Origin: an uncultured bacterium
Lineage (GTDB): Bacteria; Babelota; Babeliae; Babelales; JACPOV01
Length of the DNA: 64,000 nucleotides
Reading direction: 5' to 3'
Assembly: GCA_963744715.1 (NCBI GenBank)
Contig: CAVUUR010000007.1
Coordinates: 96,001 to 160,000, forward strand
Shown: piece after piece, positions 1-9,244 of the stretch
Layout of the letters: each line of letters opens with the position of its first letter
Position numbering within the stretch: position 1 is the first letter of the stretch
Made by a program: the position numbers and the translations under genes
Notes under the pieces: generated by a model
The model's database searches: none
The model's input: the letters and a program-made list of their open reading frames with translations, nothing else
Told to the model about the DNA's origin: nothing

Positions 1-69
1 TAGCTCAGTTGGTAGAGCGCATGGATGGCATTCATGAGGCCACCGGTTCGATTCCGGTCAGCTCCACCA
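1..69 (+). tRNA. tRNA-Ala(GGC), 5' end cut by the window edge
   Basis: D-arm TAGCTCAGTTGGTAGAGC; anticodon stem CATGG/TCATG with loop ATGGCAT; T-loop GGTTCGATTCC; ends AGCTCCACCA. Confidence 0.95.
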
Positions 70-181
70 GTTTTTGACTGAAATTGATCAAACACTACAT
101 TTTATTTTCGATGCATAAAAGCTGTCATGCATTTTTTATACTTTTTATCTTAGCGCTTTCAACATAACCAAGAGACACCTT

Positions 182-697
182 ATGAATAATTTTTTACGTA
201 CAACACTTTTTATAAATATATTAACCGTATTATCTTGTGCTGGCATGGATAAAGCAATTCTTCCCCTATTTCCCTCAATTAGTAAAGCTAATGATGGTGA
301 TTTTAATAGAATCTTAAATGGTATGCAAAATATAAAGCTGAACAAAGATACTCGCGCTATATTAAAAAATTTTGCTACATACCACAAGCAATCATTAATC
401 TATCAAGAACAAAACTCACCACAATCGATATTAGATGATCCTACCTCCAACTTATACATCAAAGAAATTTTAGGGTTGACTGTGTTTGGTGTTGCAACAC
501 TAGGCCTCGTCTACGCTTCAACGTATCCTGAAATATTGTCACGTAAACATATGATATTATATCCAGCAACTTTTTTATCTGGTTACGTATGCATAGAAGG
601 ATTAAAAAAAATATTCTGTCGAGATAATTTAAACAATCAAATAGCAAGCCTTGAAGTCATAGAAAAAACGTTAGATAACTATAACGTTCAAGATTGA
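182..697 (+). CDS. hypothetical exported/membrane protein
   Basis: 171-aa ORF with signal-peptide-like N-terminus and two C-terminal hydrophobic stretches. Confidence 0.75.
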   Translation: MNNFLRTTLFINILTVLSCAGMDKAILPLFPSISKANDGDFNRILNGMQNIKLNKDTRAILKNFATYHKQSLIYQEQNSPQSILDDPTSNLYIKEILGLTVFGVATLGLVYASTYPEILSRKHMILYPATFLSGYVCIEGLKKIFCRDNLNNQIASLEVIEKTLDNYNVQD

Positions 698-703
698 AAT
701 CAA

Positions 704-735
704 AAGTGAAACAGCTCAAAAAAGCTGTTTCACTT
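704..735. terminator. probable bidirectional intrinsic terminator
   Basis: 13-bp inverted repeat AAGTGAAACAGCT-caaaaa-AGCTGTTTCACTT between convergent genes. Confidence 0.75.
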
Positions 736-748
736 ACAAAAAAAATTG

Positions 749-2167
749 CTAACGTCTTTCATTAAGCCATATTTCACTAACCATTTTACTTAACTGGCTA
801 CGCTCACTGTGATGCAGGAATACGGTTCCAAAAAGTGATTGTCCTTTAAATTTGTTGCTGGCAACTACCAATCCATTGCTACTGAAATCCAAATACGGCA
901 AATCAATTTGATACGGATCACCAACAAGAATAATTTTACTGCCCTCGCCCACACGGCTAATTAATGTTTTAACTTCATGCGGCGTTAAATTCTGTGCCTC
1001 ATCAATTAAAATATATTGATACGGAATTGATCTACCACGCATGTAGGTGATAGCTTCAAGACTTATTTTGCCTTCTTTTATCAGCACATCTAATGATTCC
1101 AATTTTCTTTGTGATCGATCGTGCCGTTTTTGCTTTTTATGACGCGAGCCACCCTTATCAGCATACACCATAGCACCTTCATATGATTGCTGCTCCATAG
1201 TGCCCGTGCTCACCGCATGAACAATAAAATCCATATTATCATAAATTGGTTGCATCCAACTGTGCAGTTTTTCTTCAATAGTTCCGGGTAGATAACCGAT
1301 ATCAGCGCCAAGGGGAACCACCGGCCGCGAAACGAGCATTTTGCTAAAATCATCGAGCGTTAAGACTTGATATAATCCTGCCAATAAGGCAAGAAATGTT
1401 TTACCCGTGCCTGCTGGACCGAGCAGATTAACTAATTGGATCTGCGGATCGAACAATAAATCGAGTGCCATCACCTGTTCAATGTTGCGTGCTTCAAGCG
1501 GCCACTGCAAATACGGTGCTTCGACTTTTTTAAATTGTGAACCGCCTAAATAACGAAATAGTTTATAATTGAAGGGATTATTCTGGCTTTCCAAAACTAT
1601 AAATTCATTAACAACTAAATCATAATGCTCAGGAATTTCTTCTAACTCTCCAGGAAATTCTTTTTTTAATGAAATTGAGGGGACTGCAACATGCACCCAT
1701 CCTTTATAAAAATTTTTTGGTGATGTATGTTCTTTTAAGTAATCTTGCGTTGCAATGCCAAGAACATCTGCTTTAATACGAGCATTTAAATCTTTTGAAA
1801 TAAAGATAACTTCGCACCCCCTGCTCTGTAACTGGGCAACGGTATACAAAATCATATTATCAACGATATTTAAACTCAATTCTGCTGGTAATGAAATAGT
1901 TTTCTCCGGCACAAACAATACCCTAAAGATACCACCATTATCAAGGGGAACTCCGTCTCTGAGCGAACCCTTAGACCGTAACGAATCAAGATATCGAATA
2001 ACTTGACGTGCATTATATCCACGATCAGTATTTTCTTCTTTAAACCTATCGAGCTCCTCTAGCACCAATATAGGGATTCCTAGCGTAGCACAATTAAAAG
2101 AAAATATTGATTCTGGGTCATGGAGTAACACATTAGTATCAAGAACATATATTCGTTCTGAAATCAT
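749..2167 (-). CDS. PIN-domain/PhoH-like ATPase (PhoH2/YlaK type)
   Basis: N-terminal YVLDTNVLLHDP PIN motif; GPAGTGKT Walker A; GYLPG, YMRGRS, DEAQN and GDPYQID PhoH motifs. Confidence 0.93.
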   Translation of the reverse strand: MISERIYVLDTNVLLHDPESIFSFNCATLGIPILVLEELDRFKEENTDRGYNARQVIRYLDSLRSKGSLRDGVPLDNGGIFRVLFVPEKTISLPAELSLNIVDNMILYTVAQLQSRGCEVIFISKDLNARIKADVLGIATQDYLKEHTSPKNFYKGWVHVAVPSISLKKEFPGELEEIPEHYDLVVNEFIVLESQNNPFNYKLFRYLGGSQFKKVEAPYLQWPLEARNIEQVMALDLLFDPQIQLVNLLGPAGTGKTFLALLAGLYQVLTLDDFSKMLVSRPVVPLGADIGYLPGTIEEKLHSWMQPIYDNMDFIVHAVSTGTMEQQSYEGAMVYADKGGSRHKKQKRHDRSQRKLESLDVLIKEGKISLEAITYMRGRSIPYQYILIDEAQNLTPHEVKTLISRVGEGSKIILVGDPYQIDLPYLDFSSNGLVVASNKFKGQSLFGTVFLHHSERSQLSKMVSEIWLNERR

Positions 2168-2341
2168 ATACTCCTTCCTGACTTTTTTTAGTAAAAATCA
2201 TAGTCACTCCCTGAACCCTATCATACTGTTTCCGGAGTAGCAATCATCAACGTCAAAGATTTCTTTTTTCATGAACATTCCTATAAACATCAAAACTGAT
2301 ATACTAAGATATACTTGTTGAGCACCTTAAGGAGTTAATGT

Positions 2342-4051
2342 ATGGATAATAAAAAAAATTTACAAAATTTACGCCATTCAGCTGCACATTTAATAGCTCA
2401 TGCTGTTAAAGAATTATTTCCTCAAACACTACTTACTATTGGACCAGCTACGCAAGAAGGTTTTTTTTATGATTTCCTTCCTCAACATAATTTTAAAGAT
2501 GAAGACCTTCCGCTCATCGAAGCAAAAATGCAGGAAATAGTTGAACGAGATTTACCACTTACTCATAAAGAAATTTCAAAAGATGAAGCTCGTACATTAT
2601 TTGCAAACAATCGCTTTAAGCTCCAGTTGATTGATGAAATTCCTGGGCAAACCGTAGGTTTATCGCAACAAGGAGATTTTTTTGACCTGTGCAAAGGGGG
2701 ACATGTAGCTTCAACTAAAGAGCTCAAACATGTTAAATTATTAGGTATATCCGGTTCTTATTGGAAAGCAGATAAAAATAATCAAGCTTTACAGCGAATA
2801 ACGGGTACGGCTTTTTTCACGCAGGAAGAGCTCGCAGCCTTTTTGCATAGAAAAGAAGAAGCGTTATTATATGATCACCGTCGGCTCGGCAAATTACTCA
2901 ATCTTTTTTCATTTCATGATGAAGGTGTCGGTTTTCCTTTTTTTCATCCTAAAGGCAAACTCATTATTAATATTCTGATTGATTATCTCAGACAGCTTCA
3001 AATAAAAAATAATTATCAAGAAATATCGACTCCCATATTGTTAAATGATGAGCTATGGAAGCGATCTGGGCATTATGCACATTACAAGGATAATATGTAT
3101 TTTTGCCAGATTGATGATCAAAGTTATGCCATCAAACCCATGAACTGTCCCGGAGCATTCTTAGTCTATGGGGAACGCCCTCATTCATACCGTGAACTTC
3201 CGGTTAGATTATCTGAGTTTGGCCTTGTTCATAGACACGAACTTTCAGGAGTTTTGCATGGATTAATGCGCGTAAGGGCATTTACTCAAGATGATGCCCA
3301 TATTATTTGTACTTTCGATCAACTGGAAGAAGAAATTCAACACGTTATCAACCTAACCTATACGGTATTAAAACGATTTAATTTTAATCAGGTAAGGGTT
3401 GCTATCTCAACAAAACCTATAAATGCTATGGGCAGTGATGATTTGTGGGAAAAAGCAACTAAAGCTCTTAAAAATTCTTTAGACAAGAATAATATTGAAT
3501 ATACCATAAAAGAAGGTGAAGGGGCATTTTACGGGCCAAAAATCGAGTTTTTAATTCAGGATTCGATGGAACGTGAATGGCAATGCGGAACCATCCAAAT
3601 TGATTTTTTCCAATCACATAACTTTGACCTTACGTATATTAGTTCTCAAGGCACTAAAGAGCGCCCTGTTATTATTCATAGAGCCATCTATGGTTCATTA
3701 GAACGTTTTTTTGCTATTTTATTAGAACATTACAAGGGAAACCTTCCATTGTGGTTGGCTCCAGTTCAACTAAAAATACTAACCATCACTGATGAACAAA
3801 TCTCCTATGCCCAAACTATTATGCAATTTTTGCAACCACATGGGTACAGGGTGGAATTGGATCAATCTTCGGATCAAATTTCAAGTAAAATTAAAGCCGC
3901 ACAGCTCGAAAAAATACCGATTATGATTATTATTGGTAAAAAAGAAGCCGCCAACGGCACGGTTACGCTCCGTTATAATGATGGCAAACAAGAATTTAAT
4001 GTAGAAAAAGAAACGTTATTAGCAACTTTACATGCTTTACAACAAGCATAA
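2342..4051 (+). CDS. thrS: threonyl-tRNA synthetase (no N-terminal TGS domain)
   Basis: RHSAAH, DLCKGGH, DHRRLG, KPMNCP, RVRAFTQDDAH, EGEGAFYGPKI, HRAIYGSLERF. Confidence 0.98.
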   Translation: MDNKKNLQNLRHSAAHLIAHAVKELFPQTLLTIGPATQEGFFYDFLPQHNFKDEDLPLIEAKMQEIVERDLPLTHKEISKDEARTLFANNRFKLQLIDEIPGQTVGLSQQGDFFDLCKGGHVASTKELKHVKLLGISGSYWKADKNNQALQRITGTAFFTQEELAAFLHRKEEALLYDHRRLGKLLNLFSFHDEGVGFPFFHPKGKLIINILIDYLRQLQIKNNYQEISTPILLNDELWKRSGHYAHYKDNMYFCQIDDQSYAIKPMNCPGAFLVYGERPHSYRELPVRLSEFGLVHRHELSGVLHGLMRVRAFTQDDAHIICTFDQLEEEIQHVINLTYTVLKRFNFNQVRVAISTKPINAMGSDDLWEKATKALKNSLDKNNIEYTIKEGEGAFYGPKIEFLIQDSMEREWQCGTIQIDFFQSHNFDLTYISSQGTKERPVIIHRAIYGSLERFFAILLEHYKGNLPLWLAPVQLKILTITDEQISYAQTIMQFLQPHGYRVELDQSSDQISSKIKAAQLEKIPIMIIIGKKEAANGTVTLRYNDGKQEFNVEKETLLATLHALQQA

Positions 4052-4154
4052 TATTCCTCATATAATTTTTTCACGGGTAATAGATACAAATAAAGTATAA
4101 AATATTTTTTTTTAGTAAAAATAACAAAAAATTAAAATTAAAATATAAAAAATA

Positions 4155-4184
4155 TTGACTTTTAAAGTTTAAAGTATGTACCAT
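4155..4184 (+). promoter_or_regulatory. sigma70-like promoter of the histone-like gene
   Basis: TTGACT-18bp-TACCAT upstream of RBS AAAAGGGAG. Confidence 0.5.
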
Positions 4185-4236
4185 CAATAATGAAGATGAA
4201 ATATGTATTATTAATCCTTTACAAAAGGGAGTAGTC

Positions 4237-4407
4237 ATGGTTAAAAGAAAAGTTGCAGCTAAAAAAGCCGCTCCAAAGAGAAAAGTCGCTAAAAGAGCCG
4301 CTTCAAAAAGAAAAGTTACCAAGAGAGCTGCTACAAAAAGAAAAGCTGCTAAAAGAGCACCTGCTCGAAAAGGTCATGCTGCTGCTAAAAAAGCTGCAAG
4401 CAAATAA
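4237..4407 (+). CDS. histone H1-like Lys/Arg/Ala-rich DNA-condensing protein (56 aa; not in ORF track)
   Basis: Manual translation MVKRKVAAKKAAPKRKVAKRAASKRKVTKRAATKRKAAKRAPARKGHAAAKKAASK; strong RBS, upstream promoter and downstream terminator. Confidence 0.88.
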   Translation: MVKRKVAAKKAAPKRKVAKRAASKRKVTKRAATKRKAAKRAPARKGHAAAKKAASK

Positions 4408-4423
4408 TCTTAATTCGTTAAAC

Positions 4424-4460
4424 AAAAACGCTGTATTCCAGTAATGATTACAGCGTTTTT
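4424..4460. terminator. bidirectional intrinsic terminator
   Basis: AAAAACGCTGTA...TACAGCGTTTTT between convergent genes. Confidence 0.75.
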
Positions 4461-4466
4461 CTATTT

Positions 4467-5069
4467 TTAGCGACTTTTTGTTACATCAACTCTTTTGCAA
4501 AGATCAAAAAGAGGACATTTCGAACACCAGGGAGAGATAGGAACGCAAATATTTTGTCCCCACATTACTAAAAGTTCATTAAATTCAATCCAATGGTGCT
4601 CCGGTACAACTTTTTTAAGGGCTCGTTCCGTTTCCTCGGGAGTTTTTGTTTTAATAATACCGAGCCTATTTGAGATTCTATGCACATGAGTATCAACACA
4701 CAGTGCGGGAATGCCAAAGCCAATTCCTAGAACTAAATTAGCCGTTTTTATGCCAACACCAGAAATAGAACGTAATTGTTCTTGCGTATGGGGCACCACG
4801 CCCGCAAATGTTTCAATAATATCCTTACTCACACTATGAACTAAGAGCGATTTGCGCCGATAGAAACCTAAGGGATATAAGATACGATGAAGTTCATGTA
4901 ATGGAATGGCAAGAAGTTCTTGGGGCGTTTTTGCTTGCTTAAAAAGTTTCCTACAAACCGGCAGGCATATGATATCTTTCGTTCGTAATCCGAGTAAACA
5001 CGCGATAAGTATAAGAAAAGGGTCTCGACCAAATTCTTTAACGATATAATACATCATCGGCTTTGTCAT
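4467..5069 (-). CDS. nth: endonuclease III (true start probably further upstream, near 5120-5126)
   Basis: HhH motif SISGVGIKTAN, VDTHVHRISNRLG, C-terminal CxxxxxxCxxCxxxxxC 4Fe-4S motif; frame stays open upstream (VHIEKIIAILREH). Confidence 0.93.
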   Translation of the reverse strand: MTKPMMYYIVKEFGRDPFLILIACLLGLRTKDIICLPVCRKLFKQAKTPQELLAIPLHELHRILYPLGFYRRKSLLVHSVSKDIIETFAGVVPHTQEQLRSISGVGIKTANLVLGIGFGIPALCVDTHVHRISNRLGIIKTKTPEETERALKKVVPEHHWIEFNELLVMWGQNICVPISPWCSKCPLFDLCKRVDVTKSR

Positions 5070-5214
5070 ATTCTTGGTATGTTCACGTAAAATTGCAATA
5101 ATTTTTTCAATATGAACATCTACCAGGGATTCCGATAATCTATTAATGTTTGATCCTTTTTAACTGATATTTGTAATAAGAAGATAGCTGTGTTAGAATA
5201 ACAAGGCTAAACTG

Positions 5215-5331
5215 TTATTGACATATTTCAATAAAATCCGCATCAACTGGTGGAACGACGGTCAAGGGAGAAATTAAACTAACAAACATTATAGCAATCA
5301 CTACTAAACTATAGTTTTTTTTGCTTACCAT
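5215..5331 (-). CDS. small exported peptide precursor (38 aa; not in ORF track)
   Basis: MVSKKNYSLVVIAIMFVSLISPLTVVPPVDADFIEICQ; GAAGGGG RBS; own sigma70-like promoter; signal-peptide-like n/h regions. Confidence 0.6.
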   Translation of the reverse strand: MVSKKNYSLVVIAIMFVSLISPLTVVPPVDADFIEICQ

Positions 5332-5375
5332 AAAGGCCCCTTCAAAAAATAAATTTAAATGATAATTAAGGACTA

Positions 5376-5404
5376 AATATAAGCATTTTTACGTAAAAAA
5401 GCAA
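5376..5404 (-). promoter_or_regulatory. sigma70-like promoter with palindromic spacer, driving the small peptide gene
   Basis: Minus strand TTGCTT-17bp-TATATT; perfect palindrome TTTTTACGTAAAAA at 5386-5399. Confidence 0.5.
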
Positions 5405-5414
5405 GAAAAAGAAT

Positions 5415-8156
5415 ATGACATTTTTAATAGATCCTCTCTATCAAATAGTTAGTAATTTTTATTTTTTATTATCCGTATTATCGGTAACTTTTTTATTAAA
5501 AACGGGTTTATTAGTATTAGCTATAATTCACGCCTCACGTTCAGAAAAAATAAAAAAACCATGGTTTTTTTTGTTATTAGTATTAATTGGATCTATGTTT
5601 TCAGATGCTACTTGGATTATAACCATATCAAAAAAGTTGTTTTTTGATTATGTTGAATATAAAACCATGCTAATTTTGTTTGTGCGTTTATCATGGGCCT
5701 GGCATATTATTGAATACCAGTCGCTATGCTTATTTATTGAAACATTAACCGAAAAAAATTATATAAAAAATTATAACAAACTCTTCGTTGTAGGCAGTTT
5801 TGCATTAACCCTAATGCATACCTATTTTGCAGTATTTAAATTTTATGATGTACATGATAGACCGCCCTTTGAATATACCTTAACACAAATCAGTTCTTTA
5901 TACGTTTTTGTTATTATGATGCCAACTTTATATTTTGCATTCAAAAATATACGGTTAAAAAAATTACCAAAAATTTTAACGAAACAATTAAAAATACTTA
6001 TTCAATTTTTAATATGTCCCTCACTGATATCAGATTTTCTTCAAATGTATCCCTTTTCATTCTACCCTGGCTACAGAGCCAGTAACTATGCTGCTGTTAG
6101 TATTTCAACGATACTTTTAACCTTTGCCTTTTATTTCTGCGCAAAAAAAATGATAGGGTTGCGATTCCTTAACTTTAATAACCATGTACAATCACCGGAT
6201 AGATTTAATTTTATTAATGATTTTCAGATTGTGCTTGAGCAACTGAGCCAAGTAACAAACCTTAAGGAATTGGGGCATATAACACAGGCCTTTTTTAAAG
6301 AAGCATTTGGTATACAACCGAGTAGAACGTTGCTCTACTTACGCAACCTTGAAACTAATAAAAAACACGAAGATGAGATTGATGCATCCAATTCACTCGG
6401 TTCGGTTGTAGAACATTTCATCCGTAGAGATGATAACAGCACCGCCGATTCAGTTTCGTCATTTCTTTTTCAAACCAAAATTCTTATCGCTGATGAATTA
6501 GCATTCAGTAATTTTTATGACGAAACCTCTTTGAGCCAAGAAATTCTTTCATTCCTCAATCTTATTAATGCCGATATTTTCATACCAATTTACGAAAAAA
6601 AAATCATTATTGCTTATATCATTGTAGAACGTGAAGCTCGCAATAATGAATTTTATACCAAAATGGAACATGATGAAATGACGGTGTTTGCAAGTTATCT
6701 TGCCAACGTCATTAATTTATTAAAAAATCGCAATCTTAATTCACTCATCCAACAAGAAAAAGAAATGCGTGAAGAACTTTATATAAAACATCAAGAAATT
6801 AATCAATATAAAGAAAGCATCCGTTCATTTTTACATGATACACAACAACGCAAAATCGGTATTATCTTTTATAAAAATCGAAAATTTTCGTATGGTAATC
6901 AAGCGGCCAAAGAATTCATTGACATCAATCCTAACACGCAAGATGGCCATTCATTGACTAAAGCACTAAAAACTATTGTGCATAATGTACAAGAATATAA
7001 AACAGCGCAAACATTATTAGTAAAAGATACTCAAGGTAACAAAATAGTAATTTCGGGTATTTCTAATTTAGAGGAAAATAATATCATTATTACTATATAT
7101 TATCCGGAAATTGCCGATATCTTAAAAGAACAACTCTCGCAAGCAAAAAATCCAAGCGAATGGGATTATATTCTTTACTTAGAAACTACGCAAACGGGAA
7201 AATTAATTAATCATCTCATTCCCGGAACTGGGCAGCACTTACTGAATTTTAAAATAGAACTTCTCAAAATGTCACTCAGTAAAAAAGCTTTATTACTTGA
7301 TATTCCTGAGCAGGATTTAACGGGAACCGTTGAGATTCTACACCATATCAGTTTGCGAGAAACCTTATATATGCTTAAATTGCAAGCTTATGAAAAAAAT
7401 CATGATACTGCCATTAAGCTTTTTGGTATTAATCCCATTTTTGGTAAAAGTCATGAACAACCGCTGCTTGAAAGACTCAATAACAATGGCACCTTATTCA
7501 TTCAAAATATTAATTTTTTATCACTGGAAACGCAGGAACATTTAGTTGAGTTTATTTGTTATGGTTATTATCATATCTTCAAAAGCGATCAAAAAACTAA
7601 TAGCAACGTACGTATCATTTGTTCTGCAAATCAGAATCTGCAAACACTGGTACAAGCGGGGAAATTTTCAAAAGCATTATTTAATGAATTAAAACAAACA
7701 ACGTTATCAATGCCCTCATTAATAACCTTGCCTGAAAAAGAACTTAATGAACTAGCACAGGGGTTTACTGAACAGGCTATAAAAACACAAACATTCAAAA
7801 ATCTTCTTGAATTAACACCGCGAGAAAAAGATAAACTTGTTCATGCGCGCCCGGTAAGCTTAGAGGAATTTAGAACGAAAATACAAACCATTCTTGTGCA
7901 CAAATCAAAGAAAAATAAAATTCTGCAAGAAACACAGTTCGACCCTGCGTATAATATTACCGACCCGGAATTAATTGTTGCAGCACGTTTAGGTAAAAAA
8001 GCATTAAAAGATCCTAAAATAATGGCTCTTTTATGGAATAAATTCAATAACCAAAACAAAATAGCAGCATTTTTAGGCGTCAATCGCTCGTCAGTTAACA
8101 GACGTTGTAAAGAATATGCTCTTGATACCACGGTGCAATCCGCACCGGCGACTTAA
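5415..8156 (+). CDS. membrane-anchored one-component regulator: multi-TM sensor + GAF/PAS-like region + degenerate sigma54-activator AAA+ + Fis-type HTH
   Basis: About 7 hydrophobic segments in the first ~250 aa; NGTLFIQNI, RIICSANQNL and GKFSKALFNEL resemble bEBP AAA+ motifs; C-terminal NQNKIAAFLGVNRSSVNRRCK HTH. Confidence 0.8.
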   Translation: MTFLIDPLYQIVSNFYFLLSVLSVTFLLKTGLLVLAIIHASRSEKIKKPWFFLLLVLIGSMFSDATWIITISKKLFFDYVEYKTMLILFVRLSWAWHIIEYQSLCLFIETLTEKNYIKNYNKLFVVGSFALTLMHTYFAVFKFYDVHDRPPFEYTLTQISSLYVFVIMMPTLYFAFKNIRLKKLPKILTKQLKILIQFLICPSLISDFLQMYPFSFYPGYRASNYAAVSISTILLTFAFYFCAKKMIGLRFLNFNNHVQSPDRFNFINDFQIVLEQLSQVTNLKELGHITQAFFKEAFGIQPSRTLLYLRNLETNKKHEDEIDASNSLGSVVEHFIRRDDNSTADSVSSFLFQTKILIADELAFSNFYDETSLSQEILSFLNLINADIFIPIYEKKIIIAYIIVEREARNNEFYTKMEHDEMTVFASYLANVINLLKNRNLNSLIQQEKEMREELYIKHQEINQYKESIRSFLHDTQQRKIGIIFYKNRKFSYGNQAAKEFIDINPNTQDGHSLTKALKTIVHNVQEYKTAQTLLVKDTQGNKIVISGISNLEENNIIITIYYPEIADILKEQLSQAKNPSEWDYILYLETTQTGKLINHLIPGTGQHLLNFKIELLKMSLSKKALLLDIPEQDLTGTVEILHHISLRETLYMLKLQAYEKNHDTAIKLFGINPIFGKSHEQPLLERLNNNGTLFIQNINFLSLETQEHLVEFICYGYYHIFKSDQKTNSNVRIICSANQNLQTLVQAGKFSKALFNELKQTTLSMPSLITLPEKELNELAQGFTEQAIKTQTFKNLLELTPREKDKLVHARPVSLEEFRTKIQTILVHKSKKNKILQETQFDPAYNITDPELIVAARLGKKALKDPKIMALLWNKFNNQNKIAAFLGVNRSSVNRRCKEYALDTTVQSAPAT

Positions 8157-8316
8157 TAGTATAGCTAGCAAAAACGCATTTTTTTATTTTTAAATTTTTT
8201 TTATATTCATCACATCAATTTTTTTAATAATAATATCCAAAAACAATAAAGGTATTGCTCTTCCATCAACAATTCTTTATGTTATAAGCATATTTTTTGC
8301 CAGAAGGATAATTATT

Positions 8317-9237
8317 ATGAATTTAGAAGAATTTAAATGTAAAAAAGATGAATTTCTTATTTATTTAGATGTTGAAAAAAATCTATCAATTCATACTCAA
8401 CGAGCTTACCAACATGATCTTGAACAATTTTACCATTTTTGGCATACCTTAAATACCAAAGAAAAAAAAACACTCACTATTCGCCATGTACTGGATCGTT
8501 TTTTTATTGCTCTTTACAATAAAAATATAGAAAAAAGCTCTATTGCTCGAAAAATTTCTTGTTTACAATCATTTAGAAAATTTCTTAAAAATCATGGGAT
8601 TATACTCTCTTTACAGTTAACCCGTCCACGCATCGATAAAAAATTACCAATTTATTTAAGTATAGATGAGATTTTCTATCTTCTTGATTCGATTCAAAAT
8701 CATGCCTTGCCGACAAGAAAACCGTATCGCGATAAAGCAATTTTTGAATTATTGTACGCAACCGGTATACGATGTTCAGAATTGGTAATGATCAAATTTT
8801 CTGATCTTGACCTTGAACATAAAATTATTCGCATCATCGGTAAAGGGAAAAAAGAACGCATTGCTCTTTTCGGTCAAAAGGCCAAAGACATTTTGTTGGC
8901 ATATTTATCACATGAACGAATACCCATGAAAGATCCTCATGAGCGTCTTTTTATTAATTATCGTAACGAACCACTCACAACACGATCCATTCAACGTATC
9001 ATCGAAATGTTCAGAAAGTTTTTAAAGATAAAACGCATTATCACGCCACACAAAATAAGACATTCTTTCGCAACGCATCTATTGCACCAGGGAACTGATC
9101 TTCGTATAGTACAAGAATTGTTAGGGCATAAAACATTAGCGAGTACTGAAAAATATACTCATGTGGAAAATCAACAATTAGCAGAATTATGCGATACATT
9201 ACATCCTTTTAATACTTTTAATAAAGTAAAAAAATAA
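8317..9237 (+). CDS. XerC/XerD-family tyrosine recombinase
   Basis: LLYATGIRCSE, GKGKKER, TPHKIRHSFATHLL, QELLGH, TEKYTHV. Confidence 0.93.
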   Translation: MNLEEFKCKKDEFLIYLDVEKNLSIHTQRAYQHDLEQFYHFWHTLNTKEKKTLTIRHVLDRFFIALYNKNIEKSSIARKISCLQSFRKFLKNHGIILSLQLTRPRIDKKLPIYLSIDEIFYLLDSIQNHALPTRKPYRDKAIFELLYATGIRCSELVMIKFSDLDLEHKIIRIIGKGKKERIALFGQKAKDILLAYLSHERIPMKDPHERLFINYRNEPLTTRSIQRIIEMFRKFLKIKRIITPHKIRHSFATHLLHQGTDLRIVQELLGHKTLASTEKYTHVENQQLAELCDTLHPFNTFNKVKK

Positions 9238-9244
9238 TGTATGA

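Noticed and set aside
4071..4444. ORF-track entries 4071..4322(-) and 4253..4444(+)
   Set aside because: Shadow frames of the real 56-aa histone-like gene, which has the RBS, promoter and terminator.
8317..9237. Tyrosine recombinase as a phage or island integrase
   Set aside because: Size and motifs fit chromosomal XerC/D; it is operonic with mrdA; no att repeats or phage genes nearby.
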